A DNA stretch of 64,000 bases from an uncultured Clostridiaceae bacterium. GTDB lineage: Bacteria > Bacillota > Clostridia > TANB77 > CAG-508. Location: contig CATLFA010000007.1 in NCBI GenBank assembly GCA_949927585.1, forward strand, positions 3,338 to 67,337, read 5' to 3'. Positions 41,481 through 52,528 of this stretch are shown one piece after another (within the stretch, counting starts at the first letter, position 1; the number at the start of each line of letters is the position of its first letter). The notes below the pieces were generated by a model. It searched no databases, was not told the origin of the DNA, and saw only the letters and a program-made list of their open reading frames with translations. The translations under genes and the position numbers were made by a program.

Positions 41481-44400
41481 TTATTTTAGAACTTTCCTTT
41501 TAATAAAGATTATTCCTATAATTATTATTGCACTTGCTAGTAGTGTGCTTGTTGCTATTATATAAGGTGTGCTTGCAATACCATATGGTGGTAATATTTT
41601 AACAATTTCTGCTATGTCACTATCTACTTCTGTTATGTCCGCTTCTCTATTTGGGTTTTGGTTACCTACTACTGAGTATGCCATTCTTCTTCCTACTGCA
41701 TTGCTTGTTTTTACAATTTCTACAATATTTCTATATGTTAAATCATCTGTTTCATTTTCAGAAGTAATTAATTGTGTTAATACTAAATCATCACTTACTG
41801 AAGATTTCGTTTCATCATATTTTTCAGGTACTAATTTAGCTTTTGCTATATTTGAATTTGCATTTGTTATTATTATTGTATTATATTTTACCATTTCATT
41901 TTTTAATGCATTGTTTACTAAACCATTACCTAGTATATCTTGTATTTTTATTACTTCCCAAGCATTATTATCTACTTCATAGAATTGTAAGTTATTTGCT
42001 ACATAATCAATTACTTGATTTGCCTGAGTATCTACAACTGATGTTGGATCAGATACTATACCTGTATAATAGAACATATTATCTTTGTAATCTACTTCAC
42101 CTTTATTTGATACAGTTACTTTATATGAAATTTTAATCGTTGCACCATGCATTAATTCCTCATCCATTATTAAGTTAACTAAACCATATTGTGCATCATA
42201 ATCTCTTATTGCTACCATTGGATCTTCTTTTAATATTAAATCTTCCTTAGTATATTTAAAGTCATGCTCTTTGTGTTGCCTCCATAATACATTTGTTGCC
42301 TTTTGTGTTGCATCAAATAATGTTGAGCCATCTGCTAAAGTTAGTTTAATATTTGTTACTTCTTTATTAACTGAAAGCTGAGCTTTTGGGCGTTCTTCTA
42401 ATCCTAAATTCAAATTTTGAATTTTATATGTTGTATTATTTTTTTGTTCTTGTCCATAATTTCCTTGATTATCTGTTCCTGCCCTGTCATATTCAACTTC
42501 TATATTAATTAGTCCTGTTTCAGCTGTCATTTGAGTTTTTGCCATAAGTTCTTTTAATATATTTTTCAATTCTTCCCTTGAGTAGTAAACTTTATTTCCA
42601 TTTGCATCTACATATACTGTTCCATCTTCATGTGAAGATAATATTGTTGCTATACGATTTACAACATCTTTATTTGAATATCCTATTACATCTTCTCTAC
42701 TATTTAAAGTAGCATTTTGCCTATAATATTGATTATTTAAGTTGTTGTCTGTCATAATATCTTTTGCATCTGATATATTAGCAGTTGCGTCTGAAGCTGT
42801 AATATTATATACATATGAACCTGAAGTATGATTATTTGCATATGTATTATAATCACTTACTCCTGTCTGATATGTTGTTGTTTTATAATCTTGTCCGTTG
42901 TATGATTTGTCATTTTGTCCCTGCCATTCAGATATTCCTGTAGTTTCAGATATTCTTGGAAGTGCAGTTTTTATTGTATCACCATATATAAATCTAACTA
43001 TATAATTTCCTGTTGGATATGATTTAAATATATATTTACCTATATTACTATCTATATCATCTGGTATTAATTTGTTTCCATTTTCTCCTATTAAATTAAT
43101 AATTGGGTCGTATTTTCCTTGCCCAGATGAAAATGTTTTCCATACATATTCTGTTCCATTGCTCATAAGTTCTACTAGTTGAACGGTTAAACCATTTATT
43201 GCAACTTCTTTTGAAGCTTCATATTTACCATCTCCAACTACTGTTGCTTGTTCAGTATTAATTACATTTCTTTCATCTTCCCATATAATACCATCCATTG
43301 TTCTACATACTATTTGTCCATTCTCTCTATAAATTATAAGCCTAATATTTGGAGCTTTATCTGTATCGTCTTCAAAATTATTATAATTTATATTTCCATC
43401 TTTTGGTACATCATTTGGGTTTATATTTCCTGGTACAGCATCTATGTCAAATAGTCCTGCTGTTTTATCATATCCTGAAACTTTTCCTACATTTGGTATA
43501 TTTGTTGCATTTCTATAGTAGGTCTTGAATCCATTTATTTCTGCAATATTTTCTTTACCTACTCCAATTGCTGTTGCTTTTTCTACTGTTTCATCAAGTC
43601 TTATCCAATCTTCTCCATTTACAGTATCCTTTTTAACTTTGAATGTTAAGTATATATATGCTGTTTGCCCAGAAGTTAATTTCTTTCCTTGTAAACCAGT
43701 TACATATATTGCATTATAACCATTAATATTAGTAGTATTTGCTGTTCCATATATACTTGTATTTGATGCATTTACATCATATTTTCCCTTATTGTTTCCA
43801 TTTCTTATTTCTATATATGAACGTTCATTTACATATTCATAATCTTCATCAAAGTAATCTACTACTTCCATAATTTCACCAAGTATACTTTGTGATTGGT
43901 TACGAACTGTTAATTTATATGTTACATATACATTTAATTCATCTGCCTTTGTTTTACCATATGCTTGTGCATTATCATAATTAGATGCTTTATATTGATA
44001 ATCTGAACCAAATATTTCCCTTGAATATTTTGTATTGTAATATGCATCTGAAAGTCTTACATTTATATCCCAAGTTCCATTATCTGTTTCATCTGCAAAG
44101 CTTCTTGTGTCATATGTATATGTATGTGTTTTTCCATTAATTTCTATTGTTGCTTTTTGTACGTCTTTTCTTAATGCCATATCAAATTGTTCTCTTCTAT
44201 TTAATCCAAAATCAATTTTTAAATGTGTTGGATATAATGCTGGATAATATACTCCCCCTACTGTTCTTGATGTATAACTTTCAGTAAAGTTGTCCCAAAT
44301 TGGGTACATCACTCTTGAACCATTATACCCTGTGTATGAAGATACTCTTAAGTCTTCTATAAATTGTAATTTACTTTTTACTTCATTATTATTTCCAAAT

Positions 44401-46217
44401 CTATTTAGAGTTTTTCCATATGCTACTGCATAACTCTTTGTTTCTACTGCTTGTTCTATTAAATAATCATATATTTCTTTAATACCATATGGTGTCTCTG
44501 AACTTGTTTTTCCTATTATCCATGCTGTATTTTTAGTACCTACTTTATAATATAAAGCTCTTCTTACAGTGTAATTCTCTGGCGCTGAACCTATTTGTGC
44601 AAAATTGTTATTGTAGTTTATTCTTTCATTTGGATCTTCTGTACCATTATTTTTCCATCCTTCAAGTCTTGCTTCATTTGATAATGAAGTATCATATCTT
44701 GTTGCTTGATAAATTTGTCCATCATAAACAAATTCAATATAATATTTCTTTTGAGCATTAAGATTATTGAATTCATAGTATCCTGTTTTATCTGTAACTG
44801 TTCTTGCGACTTCATTTCCACCTTGTTCATGTAAAATTACTTCTACTCCTGACATTTCTTTTTCATTTTCATCTTTAATACCATTTGGTTCACTTTGTTT
44901 ACTTGCATCTTCATCTTCCCATACATGTCCTGCAAGTTTAATTTGTAAGTTTTTCTCAGGTGGTGGAGGTGGTGTATTTGGCTCATCATGACTTGGTATT
45001 GGTATATTTATTGAAGATCTATTTAGCTTTCTTGTTCCTGTTGCTGATAGCATTTTTTGATATTCAGGATTAATTTCTTTTATTTCCCCTGTTACTATAC
45101 AATTATAACAACAACCATCACATTCATAATAGTGTGAATCTGTACAATCTTCTGGGCAACCTTCATCATGATCTCCATCATGACCATCACAGTGTTCTTC
45201 ATGTTCACATGTAAATACTGCCTTATATTGAGTTGATTTATAATAAGTAATTTGTGCTTCTGCTTCCATCCATTCAAACTCTACATATAAATTATTTACT
45301 TGCTGTTCTGTATCAGAGACAAATTTTACATAGAATTGTTCTCCTGGCTTTGGATAACTTTGATTGTTTCTATCTACATATTCTGGTGAAACTGGTGAAA
45401 AATATGCAGGGGTCACTTCAGTTCCGCCAATTATAAATGATTTAATTGCAATTTGACCATTTTCAGCTTGTAAATACATTTTTGATATTCCACCAAAAGT
45501 TATATCTCCATAATCACCATTTCCATAGTTTAATGTAAATGGTCCTACTACATATTCTTTTGGATTTTGTGCAGCACTAACTTTTAAATTATTACCACTT
45601 CCATTTGCATTACTCATCTTAGGCTTTTCATTTTGAGTGAAATCTTTAAAATCTCCTGCTTCATCTAATATTTGTTGTGATGCACTTGATTGTCCTGGTG
45701 TTGCACTATTTTCACTTAATGAGCTACCCCATATTGCATATTGTTTCTCTCTAGACCAACCATCATAGTTTCCTCCTACTGGATAAGTAACTATATATGC
45801 TTCATCTGGTGCAGCATCTCTTATTGATTCTACTTTATAATATGCATATGATACTTTATCTTCTGGTTTACCACAATCATGCTGTGTTACTTGTCCATTA
45901 TATGTATTTACATATTGAGCTATACCCTCATATGTATATTCAAATTGTCTACTAAAGTGTGCTCCTTTTTGTGCACAATACATTTGAGATATTCCTGGAA
46001 CAGTTATTACCCAAATATCACCTTCTTGGTATGCTGTACTTTGGTCTAACATGAATACTGCTCCTGGTGCCATCTCTAATATTTCTTTATTTTCTGACTT
46101 TTTAATGCTTGCTGTTTCAACTAGGAAATTTGGTATAGATTTGACAGCAATAAAAGATAGTATTGCTATTGCAATTAATATTATTAAATTAATTATTCTT
46201 TTTATTTTTTCTTTCAT
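41481..46217 (-). CDS. Giant (1578 aa) wall-anchored adhesin with a putative N-terminal thioester domain, a Cys/His cluster, SdrD-B/CnaB-like modules and a C-terminal sorting-signal-like tail
   Basis: MYCAQKG plus EKQYAIW resemble the Cys and TQxA(I/V)W motifs of thioester domains. LAGHVWEDED...TDKTGYYEFNNL resembles an SdrD B-like module. The C-terminus is KILPPYG followed by a hydrophobic stretch and KRKVLK. Confidence 0.75.
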   Translation of the reverse strand: MKEKIKRIINLIILIAIAILSFIAVKSIPNFLVETASIKKSENKEILEMAPGAVFMLDQSTAYQEGDIWVITVPGISQMYCAQKGAHFSRQFEYTYEGIAQYVNTYNGQVTQHDCGKPEDKVSYAYYKVESIRDAAPDEAYIVTYPVGGNYDGWSREKQYAIWGSSLSENSATPGQSSASQQILDEAGDFKDFTQNEKPKMSNANGSGNNLKVSAAQNPKEYVVGPFTLNYGNGDYGDITFGGISKMYLQAENGQIAIKSFIIGGTEVTPAYFSPVSPEYVDRNNQSYPKPGEQFYVKFVSDTEQQVNNLYVEFEWMEAEAQITYYKSTQYKAVFTCEHEEHCDGHDGDHDEGCPEDCTDSHYYECDGCCYNCIVTGEIKEINPEYQKMLSATGTRKLNRSSINIPIPSHDEPNTPPPPPEKNLQIKLAGHVWEDEDASKQSEPNGIKDENEKEMSGVEVILHEQGGNEVARTVTDKTGYYEFNNLNAQKKYYIEFVYDGQIYQATRYDTSLSNEARLEGWKNNGTEDPNERINYNNNFAQIGSAPENYTVRRALYYKVGTKNTAWIIGKTSSETPYGIKEIYDYLIEQAVETKSYAVAYGKTLNRFGNNNEVKSKLQFIEDLRVSSYTGYNGSRVMYPIWDNFTESYTSRTVGGVYYPALYPTHLKIDFGLNRREQFDMALRKDVQKATIEINGKTHTYTYDTRSFADETDNGTWDINVRLSDAYYNTKYSREIFGSDYQYKASNYDNAQAYGKTKADELNVYVTYKLTVRNQSQSILGEIMEVVDYFDEDYEYVNERSYIEIRNGNNKGKYDVNASNTSIYGTANTTNINGYNAIYVTGLQGKKLTSGQTAYIYLTFKVKKDTVNGEDWIRLDETVEKATAIGVGKENIAEINGFKTYYRNATNIPNVGKVSGYDKTAGLFDIDAVPGNINPNDVPKDGNINYNNFEDDTDKAPNIRLIIYRENGQIVCRTMDGIIWEDERNVINTEQATVVGDGKYEASKEVAINGLTVQLVELMSNGTEYVWKTFSSGQGKYDPIINLIGENGNKLIPDDIDSNIGKYIFKSYPTGNYIVRFIYGDTIKTALPRISETTGISEWQGQNDKSYNGQDYKTTTYQTGVSDYNTYANNHTSGSYVYNITASDATANISDAKDIMTDNNLNNQYYRQNATLNSREDVIGYSNKDVVNRIATILSSHEDGTVYVDANGNKVYYSREELKNILKELMAKTQMTAETGLINIEVEYDRAGTDNQGNYGQEQKNNTTYKIQNLNLGLEERPKAQLSVNKEVTNIKLTLADGSTLFDATQKATNVLWRQHKEHDFKYTKEDLILKEDPMVAIRDYDAQYGLVNLIMDEELMHGATIKISYKVTVSNKGEVDYKDNMFYYTGIVSDPTSVVDTQANQVIDYVANNLQFYEVDNNAWEVIKIQDILGNGLVNNALKNEMVKYNTIIITNANSNIAKAKLVPEKYDETKSSVSDDLVLTQLITSENETDDLTYRNIVEIVKTSNAVGRRMAYSVVGNQNPNREADITEVDSDIAEIVKILPPYGIASTPYIIATSTLLASAIIIIGIIFIKRKVLK

Positions 46218-46233
46218 ATCTAATACCTCCTTC

Positions 46234-49200
46234 CTACATTCTTCTTAATACAAATTTTCTTATATAATAAATACTTATTCCTAATACTGTACATATAATT
46301 ACTGAAATTATTGCAGTATAAATTATTGCATCTCCAGTTTTTACACTTATTACAACATCTGCTGCTGACATATCATCTTCACCATTTACTTTATTTGCTG
46401 GTGTTGAATCAATATCCATAATTCCTTCTTCATTATATACTTCATAAAGTTCTGCATTATTATTTACTATTCCAACGTTTTTGTCTGTCATTTTTCTTGT
46501 TAATGTTAATGTTAATTCTGCAGATTGTCCACTTTCTAGTTTTGTGTTTGCTAAACTAGAATTATATAAATCCCCATTTGTTGATTGATACCAATCTCTA
46601 TTTAATTCTGAATTAAATCTCATATCTTTTGGTATGTAATCTACAACTTTTTTAACATAGTTTGATATTGCTCCTTCATTTGTAACAACTATTTTGTAAT
46701 CTATAATAACTGTTGCATTTGAAAGTTCTTTTGCTGGAATTTCAACTTTTGCAAGTTTTATATTTTCATAATCATAAGTTTTTACTGTATTTCCGTATGT
46801 TAATGTTATTTTAGAAATATATTTATCTAATCTTAAATCTGATTTATTAGACTCAATTAATCCAATATCTATATTTCTTGCATTTTCATCTATTATTCTT
46901 ACTAAATCAGATATTGCAACTGTTTGTTCTTTTCCGTTTATAGTCATATTTGTATTTATAAAGTCAGAGTTTACACTATTTTCTACTCCTTTTGCTCTAT
47001 ATTCTGTTAAATCATATTTTGCTGAGTTGTAAACAAATACTACTATATATTCTCCTACTTCTAGGTTTGTAAATCTATACTCTCCATTAGAACCTGTATG
47101 TGTTACTTTATCTAATCCAGAGTCAACATCTTTTACTATTTCGTTATTATTTCTATTTAGTAATCTAACTTCTATACCTGATAGTATTTTTTCTGTTTCT
47201 TCTCTTTTTCCATTTGAATTAGTATCTAACCATGCTATTCCTGAAATTATATATCTTCCTTCTGGTGCCTCTGGATCTTGTGGACCTTCTTCTGGGTCCT
47301 TGTGTGCGTCTTTATTATATTCTATTATTGCTTTTATACTGTTTGATGTTACTTCATCAAATACATTACTTGAAGCAGTAGCATAGTTCATTATTTCTTT
47401 TTCAGTTACCCCATTTGGAAGTAACCCTGCTTCCATTATAACCTGTATTTGTATTTTTTCTTTAGGGTCTATATGTGTTATTTTATATTGTATAAAATCT
47501 TCTGTATCATTTTTTGTAATGTTTCTATCATACTTATTTCTTATAACTTTTGCACTTATAAATTTCATTCCTTCTGGAATTATATTTTTAAATGTAATTT
47601 CATCTATAAATACATCACTTGTATTTTCCATATCATATGTAAATGTTATTGTTTCTTTTTCTTTTACATATTGATTTGAAACTGAATTTTGTTTTAATTT
47701 TATTTCTGCTTTACTTACAATATTTCTTGATATATTAGAGTAGTGTGTTCCTACTTCATCAGCCTCTGCTGTTGCAAAAGCTTGTATATTTCCTATTACA
47801 TCATTTACTTCTACTTTTATAGAACCTTTAACTATTGCTCCTATTGGAAGTTCTTTTATTGTATATATTACTGTATTTCCTTCAGTTTTTACTGTGTATT
47901 CTAATTCATAATCTGAAGTTACTAAGTTTTCAAAGTTTGTTTCTTTTATTGTTAACCCTTCAGGAATTTGAACATTTAATACAACATTTTTTAAACTTGC
48001 TTCACTATGCGTTTGTTCAATTTTTGCTGAATATATTAATTCTGAGCCTTTTACTAATACATATTCTTCAAATTTGTTTGCAGATAGTTTTATTTTCATA
48101 TATCCTTTTTGAATACCTAATTTATAATCATTAGATACCACTTCTTTTTGTAAATCATCTGCCATAACTCTTACTTTGTTTGTAAATATTGTCTCTGGCT
48201 CTACTAATTTTCCTTCTGAGTTAACAAGTAAGTTCTTTTTGTACATTTTTGTACTTTCTATTTTTAGTTCATATACTATTGTTTTTGTAGTACCTGCAGG
48301 TATTTTACCTACATTTATTTGTTTTTCTAATTCATCAGTATCTATATAATCTGATGTATAGTTATCTTGTATAAACTCAGTATGTTTTGTGTTATATTCA
48401 AATACTAATTGTTTTTTTAGGTCTGCTATTTTGCTAGTATCTTCAGTAAATAGAACTTTGTTATTTTCTCTATATGTATATACTTTTCCATTTGGCGCAG
48501 TTATATTTAGTTTTACATTTTCAGCATCTACTGTTCCTATATTTTTTATGTTTGCTGTAAATTTAACATATTGGCCTTCTCTTACAATAGATTTTTCATT
48601 TGAATCTGATTTTAATTCTACTTGTAATTCTGGTGCATCCCCTGTGTATAATTTTACTTTGTTTGCTTTTGCTCTATCATTTATTGTTTGTTCTTCTTTA
48701 ATATTATTAAAATATACTGTATATAATGAATTTGTTTCTTCTGAATATCCTAAGTTTGCTGGAACTTGTACATCATAATTGAATTTAATGCTATCACCTA
48801 TGTTCATTTCATAGTTATTTAATACTATTAAGTAAGATTTTACTTTTGCATAATCTTGAATTTCAGCTTGCCATCCATTTTCTGCATTGTTTAAGTCTTC
48901 TGTTGCTGCTCCATTTTCTGAATAATAAATGCTTACATTTTCAAATGTATTTGTGTTTATAGGGCTTGTCATCGGTGCATCAAATGTGTTTTCTAAACTT
49001 TGATTTGAGTCTATGTCGTTTGTACCTTGCATTAGTGTTCTTCCTAATATACGTATATTATTAATTTTATTACTATAATTATTTATTACTTGTATTTCTG
49101 CTTTTGCATTTTGAGCTCCTGTTTGTACTTCAAGTACAGCTTCTTGGTTTTGTGTTAAAGCCATTAAACTTGCTCCTGCTGCATAGTTCTCTATTTTATT

Positions 49201-51225
49201 TACTGTTACTATTCCTGTTGGTGCTATGAAGTTTATTTCTTTATTTACTTCTATTTGCTCATTTTCATTTACTACTGTCACTTTTATATTTTCAGTTCTA
49301 TTTGGTGTTAAGTTATTTACTGTTATGTCTGCTATAATAAATAGGTTTGCTCCACCTGAAATTGCATAAATGCTGTATACAGTTTGTATTCCTGCTAAGC
49401 TAACTACTATTTGTTTTCTTCCATTGTTATTTACTACATCATAACTTATTATTTTCAATTCGGTTTCAAATGTTAATTGAATATTTTTTATACTAATGCT
49501 TTCTATGTATTCTGGTAAGTCAATTACAATTGTTGGATTTTTATATAATTTATTAAATACTGAATCTGTTTTTAATATTACTTTGAATTCTACATTTTCA
49601 TTTATAACTACTGTTGATAAATTTGAGTTACTTACCTCTAATTCAGAAGTAAGTTGTGGTTCTACTAAATCTATTTGTGCATTTCGTGATTTTTCTACTA
49701 TTGTTTCATTTCCGTTTATAACTGCTCCTACCACTTCTTGTTTAAGTCTTTGAATATTTTGCATTTGTGCTTTAGTGTAACTTGTTTGTCCTAATATTTC
49801 TTTTTCAAAGTTAAATACTAATTCTCCATCGTTTTGTGGCTTTGATGTCTCTATAATTACATTTTCTGAATTTAATTCTAACGTTTGAATCTGTGTTTCT
49901 TTGTTTATTATTGTTTCACTATTTTCTGTAGTAACTTTAACGCTTCCTTCTTCTCCTAATAGTTTTAGCCATGTTTCTTTTTCTACTTTTAATTTTTTAT
50001 ATATTGTATTTGCTGTGTATTCATTACTATCTATTACATATTTATCTGCTACTAATGAAAGTTTTACACCATCTACTAATTCTGGCATTGCTACATTTGT
50101 TGTTACCTTTTGTGTATATACTGTATTTATTTTTTCTTCTCTATCATAGTTTGCATATATATATCCTTTACTTAAATTGTTGTTTGTTTCTATTGTAAAG
50201 TCTACTATATCTCCAATTTTCTCGTTTAAAGTTACTTCTCCATTAAAACTTGCTGTTATTTCTTTTTCATCATAACTATATACGTTTATATTTGATATAG
50301 CATTTAATAAAAGTGTTGTATGTTCTACTAATGCTTCTTCTGAATATTTGTAAGTTATTACAAATTCATTTAACATATTATTATCGAAACGTATTTCTTT
50401 ATTTTCATTTTCTATATTTTTAGCTACAATTATTACTTTTTTATTTTCTTTATCATAATTTGAAGTATAGTTTTCTATATTTGCTTTGTTATATACTGTT
50501 ACTTCTTGTGGAACAATTCCATTTATTTCTGGTACAGAAATTTCTATTTTATTTTGTTTTATTGGTAACATATTATATTTTAAATTAGATTTAACACCTA
50601 TTTGCATTATTAAACCTTTTTGTCTATTTACATCATATGGAACATATTTTGTAATTTTTGCTTCTACAATTGCTTCTGTATTTATTGTCCATTTCAAATT
50701 TAATTCTATTTCTTTTCTAATAGCACTTTCTTTTCCTTTTTCATCTATATATGTACCTGTTAAAATTACAGAACTTATTTTATTTAGTTGTTCTTTTAAA
50801 ATTATATTTTGTGTTTCAAATGTGAATGGTATTTCTAATTCTACAATTTCTCCGTTATCAATTTGATTTAACACAATACTATTGTTTTCAATTTTTGCTA
50901 TTTTATCTGAATTTACTTTATTTAAAATTTTAAAGTTTGAATTCACAAAATCGACCCTAGCATTTTTTAAATATCCTGTGTTTTTTACAGATACTTTTGC
51001 TATGATCTTATTTCCTTCTTCTACATTTTTTGTTGCTTCGTATTCTTCACCTTCAAAGTAAGTATTAAATTCTACGTTTTGATGCTGTGTTTTGCTATTT
51101 TGTTTTTTTAGTTTTGAGTCTGTAGCCAAAACTGCTCCAAAACTTAGACCTATCGTACTTACATGAGCTAGTACCATAATAAATACTAGAATACTTGCTA
51201 TAATTTTGTTACCTTTCTTGTACAT
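46234..51225 (-). CDS. Giant (1663 aa) wall-anchored repeat protein (DUF11-like and SdrD-B-like modules)
   Basis: It has a signal peptide and many ~100-aa beta-sandwich-like repeats. ISGIAWLDTNSNGKRE...SNGEYRFTNLEVGEY is SdrD B-like. The DIDSTPANKVNGEDD motif is DUF11-like. The C-terminus is SVKTGD, then a TM segment, then RKFVLRRM. Confidence 0.75.
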   Translation of the reverse strand: MYKKGNKIIASILVFIMVLAHVSTIGLSFGAVLATDSKLKKQNSKTQHQNVEFNTYFEGEEYEATKNVEEGNKIIAKVSVKNTGYLKNARVDFVNSNFKILNKVNSDKIAKIENNSIVLNQIDNGEIVELEIPFTFETQNIILKEQLNKISSVILTGTYIDEKGKESAIRKEIELNLKWTINTEAIVEAKITKYVPYDVNRQKGLIMQIGVKSNLKYNMLPIKQNKIEISVPEINGIVPQEVTVYNKANIENYTSNYDKENKKVIIVAKNIENENKEIRFDNNMLNEFVITYKYSEEALVEHTTLLLNAISNINVYSYDEKEITASFNGEVTLNEKIGDIVDFTIETNNNLSKGYIYANYDREEKINTVYTQKVTTNVAMPELVDGVKLSLVADKYVIDSNEYTANTIYKKLKVEKETWLKLLGEEGSVKVTTENSETIINKETQIQTLELNSENVIIETSKPQNDGELVFNFEKEILGQTSYTKAQMQNIQRLKQEVVGAVINGNETIVEKSRNAQIDLVEPQLTSELEVSNSNLSTVVINENVEFKVILKTDSVFNKLYKNPTIVIDLPEYIESISIKNIQLTFETELKIISYDVVNNNGRKQIVVSLAGIQTVYSIYAISGGANLFIIADITVNNLTPNRTENIKVTVVNENEQIEVNKEINFIAPTGIVTVNKIENYAAGASLMALTQNQEAVLEVQTGAQNAKAEIQVINNYSNKINNIRILGRTLMQGTNDIDSNQSLENTFDAPMTSPINTNTFENVSIYYSENGAATEDLNNAENGWQAEIQDYAKVKSYLIVLNNYEMNIGDSIKFNYDVQVPANLGYSEETNSLYTVYFNNIKEEQTINDRAKANKVKLYTGDAPELQVELKSDSNEKSIVREGQYVKFTANIKNIGTVDAENVKLNITAPNGKVYTYRENNKVLFTEDTSKIADLKKQLVFEYNTKHTEFIQDNYTSDYIDTDELEKQINVGKIPAGTTKTIVYELKIESTKMYKKNLLVNSEGKLVEPETIFTNKVRVMADDLQKEVVSNDYKLGIQKGYMKIKLSANKFEEYVLVKGSELIYSAKIEQTHSEASLKNVVLNVQIPEGLTIKETNFENLVTSDYELEYTVKTEGNTVIYTIKELPIGAIVKGSIKVEVNDVIGNIQAFATAEADEVGTHYSNISRNIVSKAEIKLKQNSVSNQYVKEKETITFTYDMENTSDVFIDEITFKNIIPEGMKFISAKVIRNKYDRNITKNDTEDFIQYKITHIDPKEKIQIQVIMEAGLLPNGVTEKEIMNYATASSNVFDEVTSNSIKAIIEYNKDAHKDPEEGPQDPEAPEGRYIISGIAWLDTNSNGKREETEKILSGIEVRLLNRNNNEIVKDVDSGLDKVTHTGSNGEYRFTNLEVGEYIVVFVYNSAKYDLTEYRAKGVENSVNSDFINTNMTINGKEQTVAISDLVRIIDENARNIDIGLIESNKSDLRLDKYISKITLTYGNTVKTYDYENIKLAKVEIPAKELSNATVIIDYKIVVTNEGAISNYVKKVVDYIPKDMRFNSELNRDWYQSTNGDLYNSSLANTKLESGQSAELTLTLTRKMTDKNVGIVNNNAELYEVYNEEGIMDIDSTPANKVNGEDDMSAADVVISVKTGDAIIYTAIISVIICTVLGISIYYIRKFVLRRM

Positions 51226-51618
51226 AGAAAAATCCTCCTAAATTTTTATTTATTTAACATAATCGTCTATATTTTATTATACCTTATTTTATGGTATTTT
51301 TCAACATTTTAGGGACATTTTTTAAACTTTTTATGTAGCTTCTACTTTCTTTTACTTTTATCGACATTTTTCCACTTTATTTATGGTTATAATACCCCTT
51401 AATTATATATATTATATATATTTTTACATATTTAGATGTATTTTTCAATATTAGAAAACTTAAGTATAAATAAATATCTTCTAACCCACTACGGAAGCTT
51501 ATTTCGTTCTATTTATATTAAATTTTTATTACATTTTTTATTTTTTTGTAACACTCTTATTTTTTTTGAATATTATTATAATGAAACTATAAAAGTAAAA
51601 TTATAGCTTCAAGAAGGG

Positions 51619-51999
51619 ATGATGCTAGATATGAATGAAGAAATGTTTAAAAATCTTTCTGATATGCTTGAAAGTAACAATTCAGGAGATAATTTAAAAA
51701 ATATATTCTCAAATTTCACTTCAAATTCTAGTGATAATATGAATAATAATAATGAAAATTCCAATACAAATAATAATTTTGATTTTTCAAATATAGATAT
51801 GGCAACTATTATGAAGATTAAAAATATTATGGGTAAAATGAATAATAAAAAAGATGATCCTAAATCAAACTTGCTTACTTCTCTAAAACCTTATTTAAGA
51901 GATTCTAAAAAAGAGCGACTTGATAAATATATGAAAATTATGAATTTAACCTCTGTTATGGAGGTATTTAATAATATTGGTGGTGATAATATAAAATGA
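51619..51999 (+). CDS. Asn-rich hypothetical protein
   Basis: It has ORF-level support only. Its stop overlaps the next start (ATGA), which suggests translational coupling. Confidence 0.5.
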   Translation: MMLDMNEEMFKNLSDMLESNNSGDNLKNIFSNFTSNSSDNMNNNNENSNTNNNFDFSNIDMATIMKIKNIMGKMNNKKDDPKSNLLTSLKPYLRDSKKERLDKYMKIMNLTSVMEVFNNIGGDNIK

Positions 52000-52349
52000 T
52001 AGCACCTAATCCTTTTTTTCCTCCTTTTAACCCTATGAGGAATTATAGCAATCAGCATAATAGTAATAATAATTATAAACTAAAACCCCAAAATCCTTAT
52101 TCCCCTAATAAACACCAAACAAATAACTGTAGTTTTAATTTTTCTGCTCCTACAAATAATTTGCCTGATACCTTTTCTAAGGATAATGAAAAAAACGAAG
52201 AAAAACAAGATAAACCAATTTTTGAAATATTTGGAATAAAATTGTATTTTGATGATTTATTAATCATTGCTCTTCTTTTCTTTTTATATAAAGAAGAATG
52301 TACAGATGATTCTTTATTTATTATATTAATACTTTTGTTATTAACTTAA
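51996..52349 (+). CDS. Hypothetical protein with a C-terminal TM segment
   Basis: It is coupled to the upstream ORF. The C-terminus LLIIALLFFLY...FIILILLLLT is hydrophobic. Confidence 0.5.
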   Translation: MIAPNPFFPPFNPMRNYSNQHNSNNNYKLKPQNPYSPNKHQTNNCSFNFSAPTNNLPDTFSKDNEKNEEKQDKPIFEIFGIKLYFDDLLIIALLFFLYKEECTDDSLFIILILLLLT

Positions 52350-52528
52350 TAAATTGAATTTATCTTAGATTTTTACATTATTTGCTTTTAATAATTTTGT
52401 TTTTCATGAAATATAATAAGAAATAATAATGTTTTATTATGGTTATAAAAAATTAAGAATTTAAAATATTAATTGCTAACATTAATTTAGAGTGCATATT
52501 CAAAAATATTTCATATGCACTCTTTATA

